In this document: positions 22,601 to 35,948 of the stretch, one piece after another
Numbering within the stretch: the stretch's first letter is position 1
How the letters are laid out: the number at the start of each line of letters is the position of its first letter
From: Lytechinus pictus
Taxonomy: Eukaryota
Length of the DNA stretch: 64,000 bases
Assembly (NCBI RefSeq): GCF_037042905.1
Contig: NC_087252.1
Location: forward strand, 5,892,001-5,956,000
Direction: 5' to 3'
Made by a program: the position numbers and the translations under genes
The notes under the pieces: model-generated
What the model was told of the DNA's origin: nothing
Databases searched by the model: none
Seen by the model: the letters and a program-made list of their open reading frames with translations, nothing else

Positions 22601-25048
22601 GGTTCTTCTTATCCTCCTCCTAACTTTTCTCCTTCTTCTTCTTCTACTACTCATTCGTGTCATTACGCAAACGTCAAGTGCATGATTTCAAAACTCTTCT
22701 TGAATGCTGTTCGAATTTCCTTTTATTATTCTCATTCCGGCTGGTCCTGTTAGATGTGTGGTGTTTAGGCAACATGGGCCATGTGGTATAAAACGTTATC
22801 ATATGATTCTCCCTGAATACGTGCAATATGTCTGCATATTTGTTATTGTAAATTACATTTGAACATTTTAAGCGACCATCGAGATAATCTATGCATTTAT
22901 GTAAAGTATAATACCTTATTTATGAAGCTTTCATACCGTCAATGAGTCGCATGTATATACTTTCATTTGTTCATTTTAAATGAGTTAATAATGTTATTTT
23001 AATGCCTTGTTCATTATGTTTGTATCTTGTATTTATTTGTCTGTAATAATTGAAGTCATACGAAGTCGAAGCAATATCAAACTTCTTATTTCAATACATT
23101 ATTCGTGTTTTTTAATGATATTACATATTTTGTACAATGTGAATTAAGAAGGTTGAAGTCAAAGTAAACTTTCTATTAAAAGTCGTTATTTTTTTAAGTG
23201 GATGGTATATTTTTTTATGGCGAGGTATTCACAAGGACGAAACCGACCGCGTTATTTTATGGCAACATTTCAGATATTAAATTGTTTTTGCCTTTCCAAA
23301 GAGGTGTTTCAGCATTTTCAGATTTGTGTACATTGCTGCGAGGTATTCTTTCTTATCTGCTTATGGCCCACATTAGTTTTAGCCAGTTAAGATATCTATT
23401 AGGGGTAGACTTTTATCTGGCCAAAAATGTTTAAATAGATCGGTGAAACGATTCGAACAAACGTTATTATTTTAAACTAGAATCATTTAAAAAAAATTCA
23501 ACAAAATTAATATGTGTTAGGCCAAGAATATGTGATGTTCTCACTAGAAATTAAGTTGGAAATATATAGTAGTTTGCAATGATGAGAAGTTGATTTAAAG
23601 TGGAAACGAATGTGAATGAAGATATTTCTTGTATTACGAATATGAATTTAAGAAAAATAAATGAGATACTTTTACAGGAATTTAGCTCCGCTATTGTGGT
23701 GATTAGTTTTCTGTTTATTTTTATGTTGATATCAATTTGATCACTTTAACTACTTGGAATAAGTTGTAGAGGGGAGGGGGTCACGTGCCCGAAATTCCTT
23801 TTTCCAACAATGTTTTCCAATAAAGTTTTTGGCAATCGTCACGATGCAAAAATACTTTTCACTAGAAGACGGAATATACCGGTTTTACCTTTCAAGTACT
23901 ATCGAGGAATCTTCCCCCACCCCCACCAAATGCGTGTTTATTTTCATTAACTATTTTTAAGCCTTTGCACGCAAGTACAACCAAACTTGTCCATTGTATG
24001 TTTTAAAACATTATGTCGTCACTGAGCACGCGTCATCTTCCACTCTTTGGGATTTGCTTCCAATAAATATACTGTACTTGTGCTGAGAAGTGACAAGGAT
24101 GGAGACTTATAAAGGCATAACCCGTGTAAACGGGTGCTTGCTCTGTCACCTTCTTGGCTCGATTATATTATTTTTAACGTAAACAAAGAGTCAGGATTCC
24201 AGCCTGACACCTTTAACAATAACAAGGTAGGAAACTGAATAGTCGTTCGAGTCACGGCTGGTACTTTTATTGGAAGCGAAATCGACCCATATCTATTCAA
24301 GGCTTCTCTACACTCTTCCGACGCAGAACACAGAGCTTTATCCCAAAGCGAGTCTCGCATGTTATAACGCAGTACAAACTTCTCTTCAGTAATGTCAATA
24401 CCTAGAGTGAATCCTTTCATAAATATTACTGCAGGCTTTGTCAGTCAAATTGCCGCTTTGTACAAGAGTCCCTCTATCGTACGGCGTTATTGATTGGCGG
24501 TAAGTAACCTTGTTTATGCTTGATATCCAAGGGAACAGCCAATGAGCGCTGTGCTTTCAACCATGGCACGTGTGAGCGCAGACAAGTGGTTGAGCAAGCA
24601 TTCTCGATCTTAAGAAGATGACAATAGCGGTGCGGTGTAGATTGGTATCCCTTCTCGCACGCAAAGCCTTCCGCATTGTCGCGGTTTACTGAAGCACGGA
24701 GTAACAATGAAAGGGCCCCATTCGAGACCAACTCACAGTCAGCATACCATGGCGGGTTGTTTGGCTGGTTAACAACAGTTGCTACGGACTTGCTGTTTTC
24801 CTAAATCTCGTGAATAACACACAACAACATCGGTCAGGTATAATGCCTTATCAATCTAACTCGCACACTCATACAGTTGCATCGCGAGTTCACCTCGAGT
24901 AATTTTCTTGACCCCCTCCCACTCCACGAAGATCCACACATGGTATTGGAATACCATAACTTTCATTGGAATATACTATTAATGTGTTAAGAACGAATTA
25001 ACACTGTTGCAGTTTTTGCGGAAATACTTTATTGAAAATTATTTTTAG

Positions 25049-25179
25049 ATAATTTTTACCAGCGATATACTTTACATCATCGAGAGATACTTGGCCTCGT
25101 TTAACAGGCTTTCGTTGTAGGATTCATAACAAATTTATACACCAACCACTGACCAAGATCTATTTCATCGTGGTTTGAG
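25049..25179 (+). other. Possible 5' UTR exon of gene 2
   Basis: Strong donor gag|gtaagt at 25180 and candidate acceptor ttatttttag at 25048; no coding support. Confidence 0.3.
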
Positions 25180-28100
25180 GTAAGTGTTTCTTCGTCTTCG
25201 AATTATGTTTTCAATCTTAAATATCACTTTTTCTCCTGATTTGAACATAGTTTGATAAGAGTCTCATCTGTACATGTGGCTCTCAATTAGTTATACTATA
25301 AATGAAATCATTAAGGATGTTGCAACGCAAGGCCATGACTCAGTGGGCGTTACCCCTCTTCCTATGTTCTCATTCTCTTTCATTTATTTATCAGATTAAG
25401 AAATAATGTGATTTTCTCTTTAGTATTTATTAATTAATCATTGAAATTTTATAAGAACTATCGGTCAAGCTGCTTAATATTATTACATATTTTGTTACCA
25501 AGTAACTTTATCGAAACCAAATTAAAGTTTGTCTCGAGATTTGATCAAGGCACTTCCCCATAATCGTCGTCGTCATCACAATCGTACTTGCCATCATCTT
25601 CAACAGTAACTATTTCTCTAAATTAATGTGCGGAATACATATATATATATATATATATATACCATTTAAATTAATCTGCAACAACATGCATTGACGTAAA
25701 ACAAGACGAAAAATATATTTTGCTGTATTAATAAATCGAAATAAAAATGAGTGAAAATATCCAGCATTTGATTTATGTTATGATTTTCTTCATTTATGTT
25801 TTTCCTACATTTACTTTCATGTGATATTGTACTTTTGGATATTTTAAAATTAGGACATTTACTGAATGATCAGAGGCGTACATGTATGAGTGCACCTTTC
25901 TATCAATTTGTATTTTATGTATACAATGACCGTGTAGGTACGCGAGATGAAGTACGTGGTTAATGTACTAATATCACAATAATCACAAATATTTATAGTG
26001 GATCGAGATCAGCTGCAACAGTACATCAACACTTTTAATGTTTCCTTTTTTACCCACGTGTTGACAGCGAACTAGCTTTAAAACACGTAACAAAGCAGTG
26101 CTTAATACCACATCCCCATGCCGACTACTAGTAAACACCGATCTCGTACATTGTAAGGGCGTTTGACTCAAGCCCCTTATTCAACTCGTGTTTTGACTAG
26201 AGTGTTTTTTCTTCTAACGATAATCTCTCTAATACGTCCATACACTTGAATGTTCATGGCAAACCATCGACAGTGGGGTTCGTAACGATTACGATATTAA
26301 TATATTTGCATCAAGTGCCGTTAAAAAGAAATTATTTACCGATATTATTTAGATCTTAAATGGAATATAGGCCTACTCTAAGTGCAATTCAAAACTAAGC
26401 GTTACTTATGTATATTTGTCTTTGTTAATTTATTGTCTTTGTGGGGGTGGGTTGTCCATAACATTTGTCAAAAATGGACACACAAAGATGCAAGCATATA
26501 TCTTTTATATAACTAATTAGGATAACTTTGACCTCTGCCATGAGTGCACCCATCCATTGGAGTAGATCCGCCATATAAAAGAACCAACGCCCATTATGAC
26601 TCATTATCTTCGTTCTTAGTAAACTCATTATCATCAGATTCATTCAGTGGTATTAATCACTTGTATTAGGAACATTCATAATATGGGAATTTATTCGTTT
26701 GAAAATAATGCTAACGTCATGGCTATTGTATTTATGAATATCGATGGGGAAGTTATATGTATGTTTACTATGATCCTACTTTGAAAAAAAAAATGTAAAT
26801 GATGAAAATAAATGACGAAAAAATATACTGATGACGATAATGAATATGACGTGGGTGATTTTTTTTTCCGAAAAATGATTATGATTGCTTCTCGATTTCC
26901 TGCGCCACACACAGATACCGCGAATATGATCTGAACAATATATGATAAGCACAACTTACCTTCGATGTCCATTTGCTAAATTAATTGCACTACCATTATT
27001 CTAAAAGGCAACAATGCAATTAGCGTATTGGAACTCCGTGGATATAATTCACAACACTGACTTTTAACCGTATCGAATCGCCGGAGCATGGTCCATTATA
27101 TTATATTATATTATAGAATATCCCACCAGTCTTTCGAAATCCATCTTCATCGTGTCAATAAAAATAATATTGCAATAATTAAGTATCCATAATTTGAATA
27201 CAAATATTCCTTGATAATATATTCATTGAGTTCTGCTTTCGAGCGCAATGCCCCAAAACGGGTTTTATCGTGTATTGTTGATATGTCAGATAGATTAATT
27301 GACTCGTGTGGCAATAGCTGGCCGACTGGGACAGGTCCCTTTGTGTTAGACCTTCCATATTCCTCCGACGATCTCATTTACTTGTTGCTATGACAACCCA
27401 TTTTCCCAATCCTTTATCGATGAGAATGATATTGGCACGGGGATTACACCTCTCCATTGTATCTAAATATCGATAGAAAGGCCTTGAAATTGATTAAAAA
27501 ATAGGATGCAATTTGCACAATATTGGTTTGCACACATATCTACAATCGTACATGAGGAGTATTATTTAAATGAGACCTTTTTGGCTTCCTGAATTTAGCC
27601 CACTTTTTTCTCGTATACGTCATATATAAATCCACGTACAAAATTATGTACGAGTAGTTCATAAAGAAGCATAACGAAAGAATGATTAAAAATATATACT
27701 TGCATTCAAATCATACATACATGTACAAAACTTACATATTAGTAAGATATTTTCAACTCTTCAAAAAATGAAATGGAATGATAATAATTAAATAAATTAA
27801 ATTAAATAAATAAGTAAATAAATAAATAAATGAAAAAATATGAATAGACCGGGAAATGTATATATGAATAGATGAATAAGTATATAAAATAATAATACAA
27901 ACGCACAAAATACACAGGCCTTTTTGGTGCTAAGATATCAACAGTCAGTTTTAGGTTTTACCCTGAAACGCTTCTTTTAATTTGCTCACTTATTTTTTTT
28001 TATAAAATGAGTCGACAGAACAAAATCAAATAAGCCAAATGCTGGTCAGCAGATTTCATTCATCACTCTACAGCTGACCGAATAAACAACATTGTTTCTT

Positions 28101-28303
28101 AGTTCATTATCGACTGATTAAGTGCGGTTATCGATCAACAGATTCAGTGGTTTTCTTTATATATCAAACGGACCTAATATTTCAAATGAATGTTATGTAT
28201 AATGTTTTATTGATGTCAGTGAACGAGTGTTATCAGAAAACTCATGATTTTTGTATTTCATTTTCAGCTTTCTCATTGGATACTGCAGGCAGTACCGACA
28301 AAG

Positions 28304-28361
28304 ATGATTCGGTTACGATTGATAGTGGTGGTGTCCATGATGATGTACACAGCCAATCATT
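28304..28361 (+). CDS. Gene 2 signal-peptide exon (coding part)
   Basis: Acceptor ttttcag at 28267, ATG at 28304, hydrophobic leader, donor gtaagt; phase 1 joins 28846 to give ...ANHCNG|QQAF. Confidence 0.8.
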
Positions 28362-31300
28362 GTAAGTATAGCTCGACCCGATCTGTCTATAGTCGATAAT
28401 TGATTAATAGACGATGATTCGACACACCAAATGCTTCCCAAAAAGGCATTTTAAGATAGATATTACTTGCCGGATGCGAAAAGCGGCCTATGACCTTTAT
28501 GGCAAAATTTCCATGCATTCTTACTTACATGCATAACTATTTTTCATTTATGTCTCTACAAATCCATGCTATAGCGTAGCATTCCCAGTAAAAATATCGG
28601 ATATTTTTCTATGTCTATTAATTTCTATGCAATTAAACCTGAAATATTTAATATATTAGTGCATCAGTTAATTGTCAATGCATCAACAACATGGAACATG
28701 AAGAATTAGATTAAGTTTCATTTTTATAATCAGTCATTACAACTAACAGCTGAATATTATCCAAACTATTATTGAGGACAATTATGGACAGGGTAAGATT
28801 CTTAATCATATGTATTTCACTCGCCATCTTGTTATGTTAATCTAGGTAATGGGCAGCAGGCCTTTTCCATCCAGCCCGAAGCGACGTTTGACCTTAACAT
28901 CGGCGACTCTGTTTTAATGTTGTGCTCCGTAACGGACAAGGAAGGGGTTGTCACATGGGTCAAGGACGGAACCACGGCACTCTCCAACGAGCGAACCATC
29001 ATCAGTTCAGAGAATGAAGCTAGGTTTGCTGTCACAGGAGACGATCCCAGCGGGAGCTTCAATCTTCAAATAACGGATCTGGTTGAAAGCGACTCGGGGA
29101 TTTACCAATGTCGAGTATCAGCATCAGGCTCAAGCGAAGCCCTTACGTCGACGGATGCCCAGCTTACAGTCACACGTAAGTATTTGGTCCAATTTCGGCA
29201 CAAATTTTTAAGGGATTTCTAATGCAGTATGATTCATTTGGCTTTAGAGCTTCACAATATAGAACTCATAATCTAATCAAAATGCACGTGTGGTTTGCAT
29301 GGGGACTATCAATTTATTCTGATCGCCTTTAATTATTTTCTATAATTCATGTTGGCATTCTTAATATTCGTCTCCTCCTTCGCCACCACATTCCATATCG
29401 GAAGTTTCGCATCGTAATATCACACTCGTAATGTTTTTTTATTCCTTAATCACAGCGATTCCTGTCCAGACATTTACTTCACAACCCACTGAAGCACAGG
29501 GCATCATTGGTAATGCTGTCACACTACCATGCGTCGTCGAAAACAAGGAGGGCAACCTGGAGTGGCTTAAAGATGGCACCGCTATCAGCAACGACTCGGA
29601 GATTACAGACACGAGTCTCACTCGTTACAACATCGTCGGTTCTGCATCTGCTGGCGAGTACAACCTCCAGATTGTTACTCTTGAGAACGCTGACATGGGG
29701 ACGTACGTATGCCGCGTTGCTGCCGCCGGTAACAGTCCCGCTATCACGTCAACAGAAGCCGTTCTGACTATTCGGGATTCCAGCGAGATACAGAGTATTG
29801 TGATCCCACCCTCGGCTACTTCAGCTACTGTAGGTACATCAGCTTCCATGGTGTGTTACGTGTCAGCTAAAGCAGGGTCTGTGCTTTGGATCAAAGATGG
29901 TGTCCAGATCAGCAGGGACAGGGATCTAGTCAACGGGGATTCTAGGTAAGTTATCACTCAAAGGATAGCAAAAATGCACACACACATGCACATAAGCAAG
30001 AGTACTGATGTTAAAACATGAATATTGAATGGCCTTCACTCCGACATAAATTATTTAGTCCATAGTACGTAGCAGATAGGAATGATTTGTTTCTGTTCCC
30101 CCTCTCTAATAACGGCAACGTCTCCCTCTTTTCTATTTTGCAGCGGGCGCATTACCATTGCAGGAACCGACGAGGAGGGCTTGTATGAACTTCGATTTAG
30201 CACAGTTGAGGAGGACGACGAAGGTGTCTATTTCTGTGTTATCACAGCAGAGGGTGATCAAGCAGCCGTTTCATCATCTCCGGCTAGTTTCACTGTAACA
30301 GGTATGCATCGTGCTGTGTACAAAATAATAAATCATTAATTTTCCTACGTCTAGAGTAAGCTTTTGTTCAAGCGTTATGCTTTAACGCCTGATTTGCTTG
30401 ATTCAGTGTAACACATTTATCACTGCATTTCAGCCGGTTGATAAATTTGAGAACAGCTTAATGATTTCTATCTGCCCAAGGGAACACAACTCCCCTATCA
30501 CCCCATGAACATAAACGCCATAATGTTTTCCTAATTTGAATACGATTCTTCACTCCTTTCTTTAGCTGCTATTGAACCGAACACCGCCTCCCCAGAATGC
30601 TCCTTGACACCCGCAAGTATCCTCAGCGAGGGCGATGTGGTAACAATCAAATGCGAGTCCACAGGTGGTTCCCCTCAACCAACATTGACCTGGTCAAACG
30701 ATCTCGATCCTAACGCTTTCTCTGGAAACCAAACGGACGAGGAATCAAGTGCATCCAACTCGATCACCTTCTCGCTTACCAAGGAGCTAAGCGGTGTCGT
30801 ATATACCTGCAGATCCACGCATCCGGCGTATAGCGAACCAAAGGAATGTTCGCTGCCTGCACTCTCTTTTGACTGTAAGTTATCAACTGATCAACAGAGC
30901 GATCTCTCTCTGCACGTGACAACCATTCAGTCGTTTCAATGTTCTAGAAATCAATTTTCCTACCAATCAATCTATCAACCATTTGATTGTGTTTTTCTTG
31001 TTTTCTCACACAATGTAGAAATCAATGAGGCATTTAATTAACAATCGATATGATTATCATCAAATTTGTCCCAAAGTAACAGGAAATCAATTTAGTCAAT
31101 GAAGGCTTTTGTCAAGGAACTATTTAATTGAGCTTTGAAATATGTATATCAATTGAAAAGTCATCTTTCATTGTCAGTTCGCATTTTTGTGAATATTCAA
31201 CTTCAATAGTCTAATTTACGTTTGTTTGTGTCGTATGCAGTGATTGCAACAATCAATGTTACCGCCCAAACGACTCGACTGACCATCGAGGAGGATAAAC

Positions 31301-34256
31301 CTGGAGAAATCATATGCAGTGCTTCAGGAGACCCGGTTGTCCTAGGGTACAGATGGTATTACAATGGAGCTGAGATAGAGGCCACCGATGACAGGTAACA
31401 ATTCCTGCACTGACCTTGATCCATCATTATTTGCATCCTGGTATAATTTTCAAAATGTTGTTTGGATGATTCGGCGGAATCCTTCCATAGTTTCCCCGAG
31501 TACATGAAGAAGGGTTTGTTCCTTGTCTGAGTTCTGGTCCTTTAACTCCGCATTTGATCTTGCACACACAATGATAATAATAAAAAAGACATCGGCCAGT
31601 CTGTTTTAAATTAAAGTTGCTCCGGTTTCGAAAATAATCCATGACTATATAGTGACACTCATAATTTTTTTTTTAAAGTTTTTTTTTTGCACTTTATCAT
31701 TTCAATGTCTATTGCGTTAGAAGTTTAGAGTTAAACATCATGGGATTAGATATTGTGCAGTACTCCTTGTGTACCTACACTTCCAATCAGGGTATCCTTA
31801 AAAGAACCTATAAACAATTCCTAGTTGAAATACGGGTATAGGATAATGGGACATTGACATCGATGCCATAAATACTGGATTAAGGTTGGTATGGACGATA
31901 GGGCAATATTGAACAGCTAAGGCAGAGTAATACTATAATAATTATTCTGATTTGTTCTTTATCCAGGTTTGTAATTGAAACAACCAATGGCAAGGACGCT
32001 TCTACGCTGACCATATCAAGTGCCACTCTCAGCATGGACGATTCCACAGTACAGTGCGAGGCCTACAACCGTATTGACCAAAGGCGTACGAGTATTGTCC
32101 TGACTATCAAAGGTACGAGGCTTTTTTCGCAAGGTCCTTTCAACATTCCCTTCCCCCTCTCTCTCTTTCACAGAGATTATTAATCAGATAGGCTAGAGTT
32201 TGCATAGGCAGTTAAATGTATATATATTCTACATATAACACATATTCCGTGTTAATATCTTCCAGACGAATTTTAAGAGGAATATTCAATGATGATTTTT
32301 GTTTTACTTGTACAATTCATCGCGTACTGAACGTTGCGTTAGTTTATTATTCAACATGTTTAATCTACACATGATACTCGCGTGTTACCATACTCAATTT
32401 GGGTAATCTGGGATGTTGCTGTTGTGTTTAAACATCTTTAAGAAATATTTGTGTTTCTTATATCTTTCGTCCTGTCCGTTTAATCATGATATTTGGACGT
32501 ATATGACGTTTCACTGTCAACTATGATCACCGAATTGCTTCTTGATTTTTTTTCTGTAAATCGAATTAATTGTTTTTCTTGTTTGATTTTGAATAAAATG
32601 TTTCTCTACCAAACAGAAGTATGATCACCGGATTGAATATATTTCATTCATTTGTTTATCTCTTTATTTCACAGAGGATAACTTGACGACATACGTGCTT
32701 GCTGCCCTCGGTCTCATTGCAACGATCATCTTTGTGGCCATCGTTATCGGTTTTATTGTCTGGGTCTGTCACCGAATGAATAAGAAAAAACGAACAAGTA
32801 AGTTTCAACCAAGTGATTTTCCTTGCCACAATACCTTAATCAATAACAGGCGATTTTGGATAAACTTGCGAATTTTATTGTTGGATTTCGAGCAAAGCTT
32901 ACATTCATTAGAAGGTTGAAATACGTATTAGAGGAATAATCGTCACATTGGCTGGATATTGTGAGGTCCCCGCTGAACCCTCCCATGATACCAGCAAATG
33001 AAATTGATATTGGTATATGGTGGGGATTTAACGAAACTATTAATAAAAACTAGTGTTCTTCATGAAAAACCGTGTAATAATCAGAATTTACTTAAAAGGG
33101 TGATTATAATTTTGAAGGGATATCAGCAATGGCATTTAGGTTATGTCTACTTCAGACGAAATCAAAGTTGAATTGTGTACTAAGTATTTCTTTTTTCGTT
33201 TTCTTTCCAGTTCATCCAGATCCTGAAGCCGGTGGAATGACTAAAGGAATCCCCAACAGGAACTTCTTCATCGGAGCCACCCACATGGATGGCCTACCAA
33301 ACGGTGACATCAAAGCAGAAGTTACTGACGAAAAGAAGAAGCACAAGAAACACAGGAAGCACAAGAAGGACAAGAAAGACAAGAAGGATAAGAAGCACAA
33401 GAAGGACAAGTCAAAGGTCCTAGAGCACGACTCTACAAGGGCACCCAACCCGCTCAGTACACGAGATGGTGATCATGATGTCCTGCCAACCATTACTGGC
33501 TACAGGAGACCTGGTACAAATAGTCGTGACCCCGGTGTCTACCCGACATACCCTCCTATGTACCCAATCGATGGACACTCGCCACTTCCTCACTATCAAG
33601 ATGGCTACCCTGCGGCTGATCCTGACTCAGCTCCTAGGTCAAGTCGAAGAGATTCCAAGGACAAGTCGGGTCAAAATGGAAAGATCTCGCTGTCTCCAGG
33701 AGAGTACCAGAAGAGAGACGAATACGAGAGGAAATTAAGAGAACTTCAAGGGCTCAGGTCGGATCTAGCTGCGCCTGAGCCAGAGAAAAAGAAGAAGAAG
33801 CACAAGAAGCACAAGAAAGATGTAAATATTTCTTTTACGATTTCCTCACAATTGCGATAGGTTATCCGCCTGAATATCTGAATGACCTTTCATTCAAATA
33901 TAAGGAATATATCTAGGGAACATTTACAATCATTTTCTTTTTTTCTCTTATTCTTATAATGTGCTAATGATGTATGATATAATCATTATCACTACTATTA
34001 TAAGCATTATGTAAACGAATTAAGATTAGTATAGTAATAAATTGGTAGAGGAGTAGAGCTATAAGTCGTGATAAAGTCCTCTGGAATATAATATCCGATT
34101 AAAATTTAAATAAATTATACCAAATTATCCAACGTTACCCAATTTTACTTACGTTTTCATAACTGAAGTTTACCTTAAAAATGTCTTAATGAATTCAGAA
34201 ATAAATTATACTTAATTTCCTTTCTTTTCTTCCTTGATTCCTTTCAGAAATCTTAG
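28304..34256 (+). CDS. Kirre/Neph/nephrin-like 5-Ig type I membrane protein, ~795 aa
   Basis: 10 in-frame exons: 28304-28361 (signal peptide MIRLRLIVVVSMMMYTANH), 28846-29175, 29456-29945, 30144-30301, 30566-30874, 31241-31394, 31967-32112, 32675-32797 (TM), 33211-33821, 34248-34256 (KS*). Ig1-3 show CxVxxKxGxxxWxKDG...Y/FxL...DxGxYxC, typical of Kirre/nephrin domain 1. Confidence 0.9.
28846..29175 (+). CDS. Gene 2 exon: Ig1
   Basis: QQAFSIQPEATFDLNIGDSVLMLCSV...WVKDG...DSGIYQCRV. Confidence 0.9.
29456..29945 (+). CDS. Gene 2 exon: Ig2 and first half of Ig3
   Basis: ORF 29431-29949; VTLPCVVENKEGNLEWLKDG...DMGTYVCRV...MVCYVSAKAGSVLWIKDG. Confidence 0.9.
30144..30301 (+). CDS. Gene 2 exon: second half of Ig3
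   Basis: GRITIAG...YELRFSTVEEDDEGVYFCVI. Confidence 0.88.
30566..30874 (+). CDS. Gene 2 exon: Ig4 (C2/CD80-like)
   Basis: VTIKCESTGGSPQPTLTW...VVYTCRSTHPA. Confidence 0.9.
31241..31394 (+). CDS. Gene 2 exon: first half of Ig5
   Basis: LTIEEDKPGEIICSASGDPVVLGYRWYYNG. Confidence 0.87.
31967..32112 (+). CDS. Gene 2 exon: second half of Ig5
   Basis: FVIETTNGKDASTLTISSATLSMDDSTVQCEAYNRID. Confidence 0.87.
32675..32797 (+). CDS. Gene 2 transmembrane exon
   Basis: EDNLTTYVLAALGLIATIIFVAIVIGFIVWVCHRMNKKKRT. Confidence 0.9.
33211..33821 (+). CDS. Gene 2 cytoplasmic exon
   Basis: Strong acceptor ttctttccag; open frame with K/H/D tracts and Tyr/Pro-rich segment; donor gtaaat leads to final micro-exon 34248-34256 (AAA TCT TAG). 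Confidence 0.85.
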
Positions 34257-35666
34257 GAGGCATCAACATGAGCAGAGCAAATGAAAGCAACACATTTGCC
34301 GGGAGGTTCAAGGACCAAGTCACATTCTTGCCATGTTTGATATCAATCCGCAATCAAAGACTGGGACTGCTTTCTGAGTCGTGACGTCAAGGCAAACCAT
34401 CAGGCGAGTGAAAAGAGAGGACGGTATTGGATTCGTTAATGTCACCCGCCATTAAATGGATGGGTCGATGTTGAGACTGAACCAAGCGATACGAAGAGTT
34501 CTGGATCCAAAGTAGTCGAACATTTGTGGATTTTGGGTGTCCGCGGACTGTTTGAATGGCGGAGAGGACAAGCAATATAATGACATTAGCTACAAGCGTG
34601 CCTTATTGAGAAGTATTTCATAAGCCTGATAAAACCAATTGGACATCAGACAATAGAGGTCTATCACAATATCTGGCAACACTAATTTAATTTTAGCGGT
34701 TGTGTCAGATAAGTATTTTGACCATTGTCTTTTAATCATGTGCACACGCGATTGTACCTGTGTCGTTGTCATTTATTTGATGTAAGATATAAGAGCAGCG
34801 TGCTAGTTTATTAAATACAATGCTCATTGGCAGGATGTTCTGCCGGAATCAAACCCGGACATTTATCGGGTAGCCAATTGCCTTAGAAGTCGGCTACGTG
34901 CTTAATCATTGTAATATCTGGATTGACAACTGTGCCCGGCTCCACTCACTTGAACTTGGGACATTATCTGTTTTTTCTGTTATCGTACATCCTTTAAATG
35001 ACAACGTTTTAGGCATTGATAATAGTTTTCGCACATGGACGCAGGACGAATTTAAGAACACAGTAAATATATTGAAAATGCAAGTCAAATCACATGAACA
35101 TCTGGGGAGTCTTTGTCGTCAGTTGGTGAACCGGAACGGCAGTTTCGTTCCAAGTTTCGGAGCTAACGAAAAAAATTCAAATATGTCAATTGTTAAGAGT
35201 CCAGGATAAAACCGCTGTTTTGATTCGCCAATTTTCGGCAAAGACTTGTTGGTTGCTCGTTGGCATGAAGGAAATCTTACAAAACATTTTTTTAAATGTT
35301 CGTTAAAGCGTTCTGCGTGCATGTAAGTTTTAAACCAATAAGCTGTAGATAAGCTATTCAACTCGTCTCTTTTAAAATTGTTTCTTAGATGTCATATATT
35401 GGACATGACATATTGTACCATATTTCACGAGGGGCCAACTTAGGAGTTTGATTTTCAGAGTTTAGTTTGTTACCTTGGCAATACTTTTTTGTTAAATTCT
35501 ACAAAAAAGTGATGTTTCAAAGTTCAGTCTTTCGATTTTGTAATAATTTTTATATCAAATTTATGTTGGTTTCAACTCAGAACTTTTGCAGTTTTTGATG
35601 TTTGCATTTAACATGAATCACCTTGTGAAACTAATCTTTGATTGGGAAAAATATATAGATTTGCAT

Positions 35667-35948
35667 AATAATAATAATAATAATAATATAGGGTATTTAT
35701 ATTGCGCACATATCCACCTTGTTAGGTGCTCAAGGCGCTCCTATATTACCCGGCTAAGCTAGGCGTTCATAGCGCACACAGCTTTGTAAGGAATTACTTC
35801 CTACCGGTACCCATTTACCTCACCTGGGTTGAGTGCAGCACATTGTGGATCAGTTTCTTGCTGAAGGAAATTACGCCATGGCTGGGATTCGAACCCACGA
35901 CCTTCTGTTTCAAAGTCCGAAGACTAATCCACTGGGCCACAACGCTCC
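35667..35948 (-). mobile_element. tRNA-derived SINE with central core and (TAT)n tail
   Basis: Reverse strand ggagcgttgtggcccagtgg...gggttcgaatccc, core cagcaagaaactgatccacaatgtgctgcactcaacccagg...aaatgggtacc, tail gcgcaatataaat...(tat)n. Confidence 0.88.
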
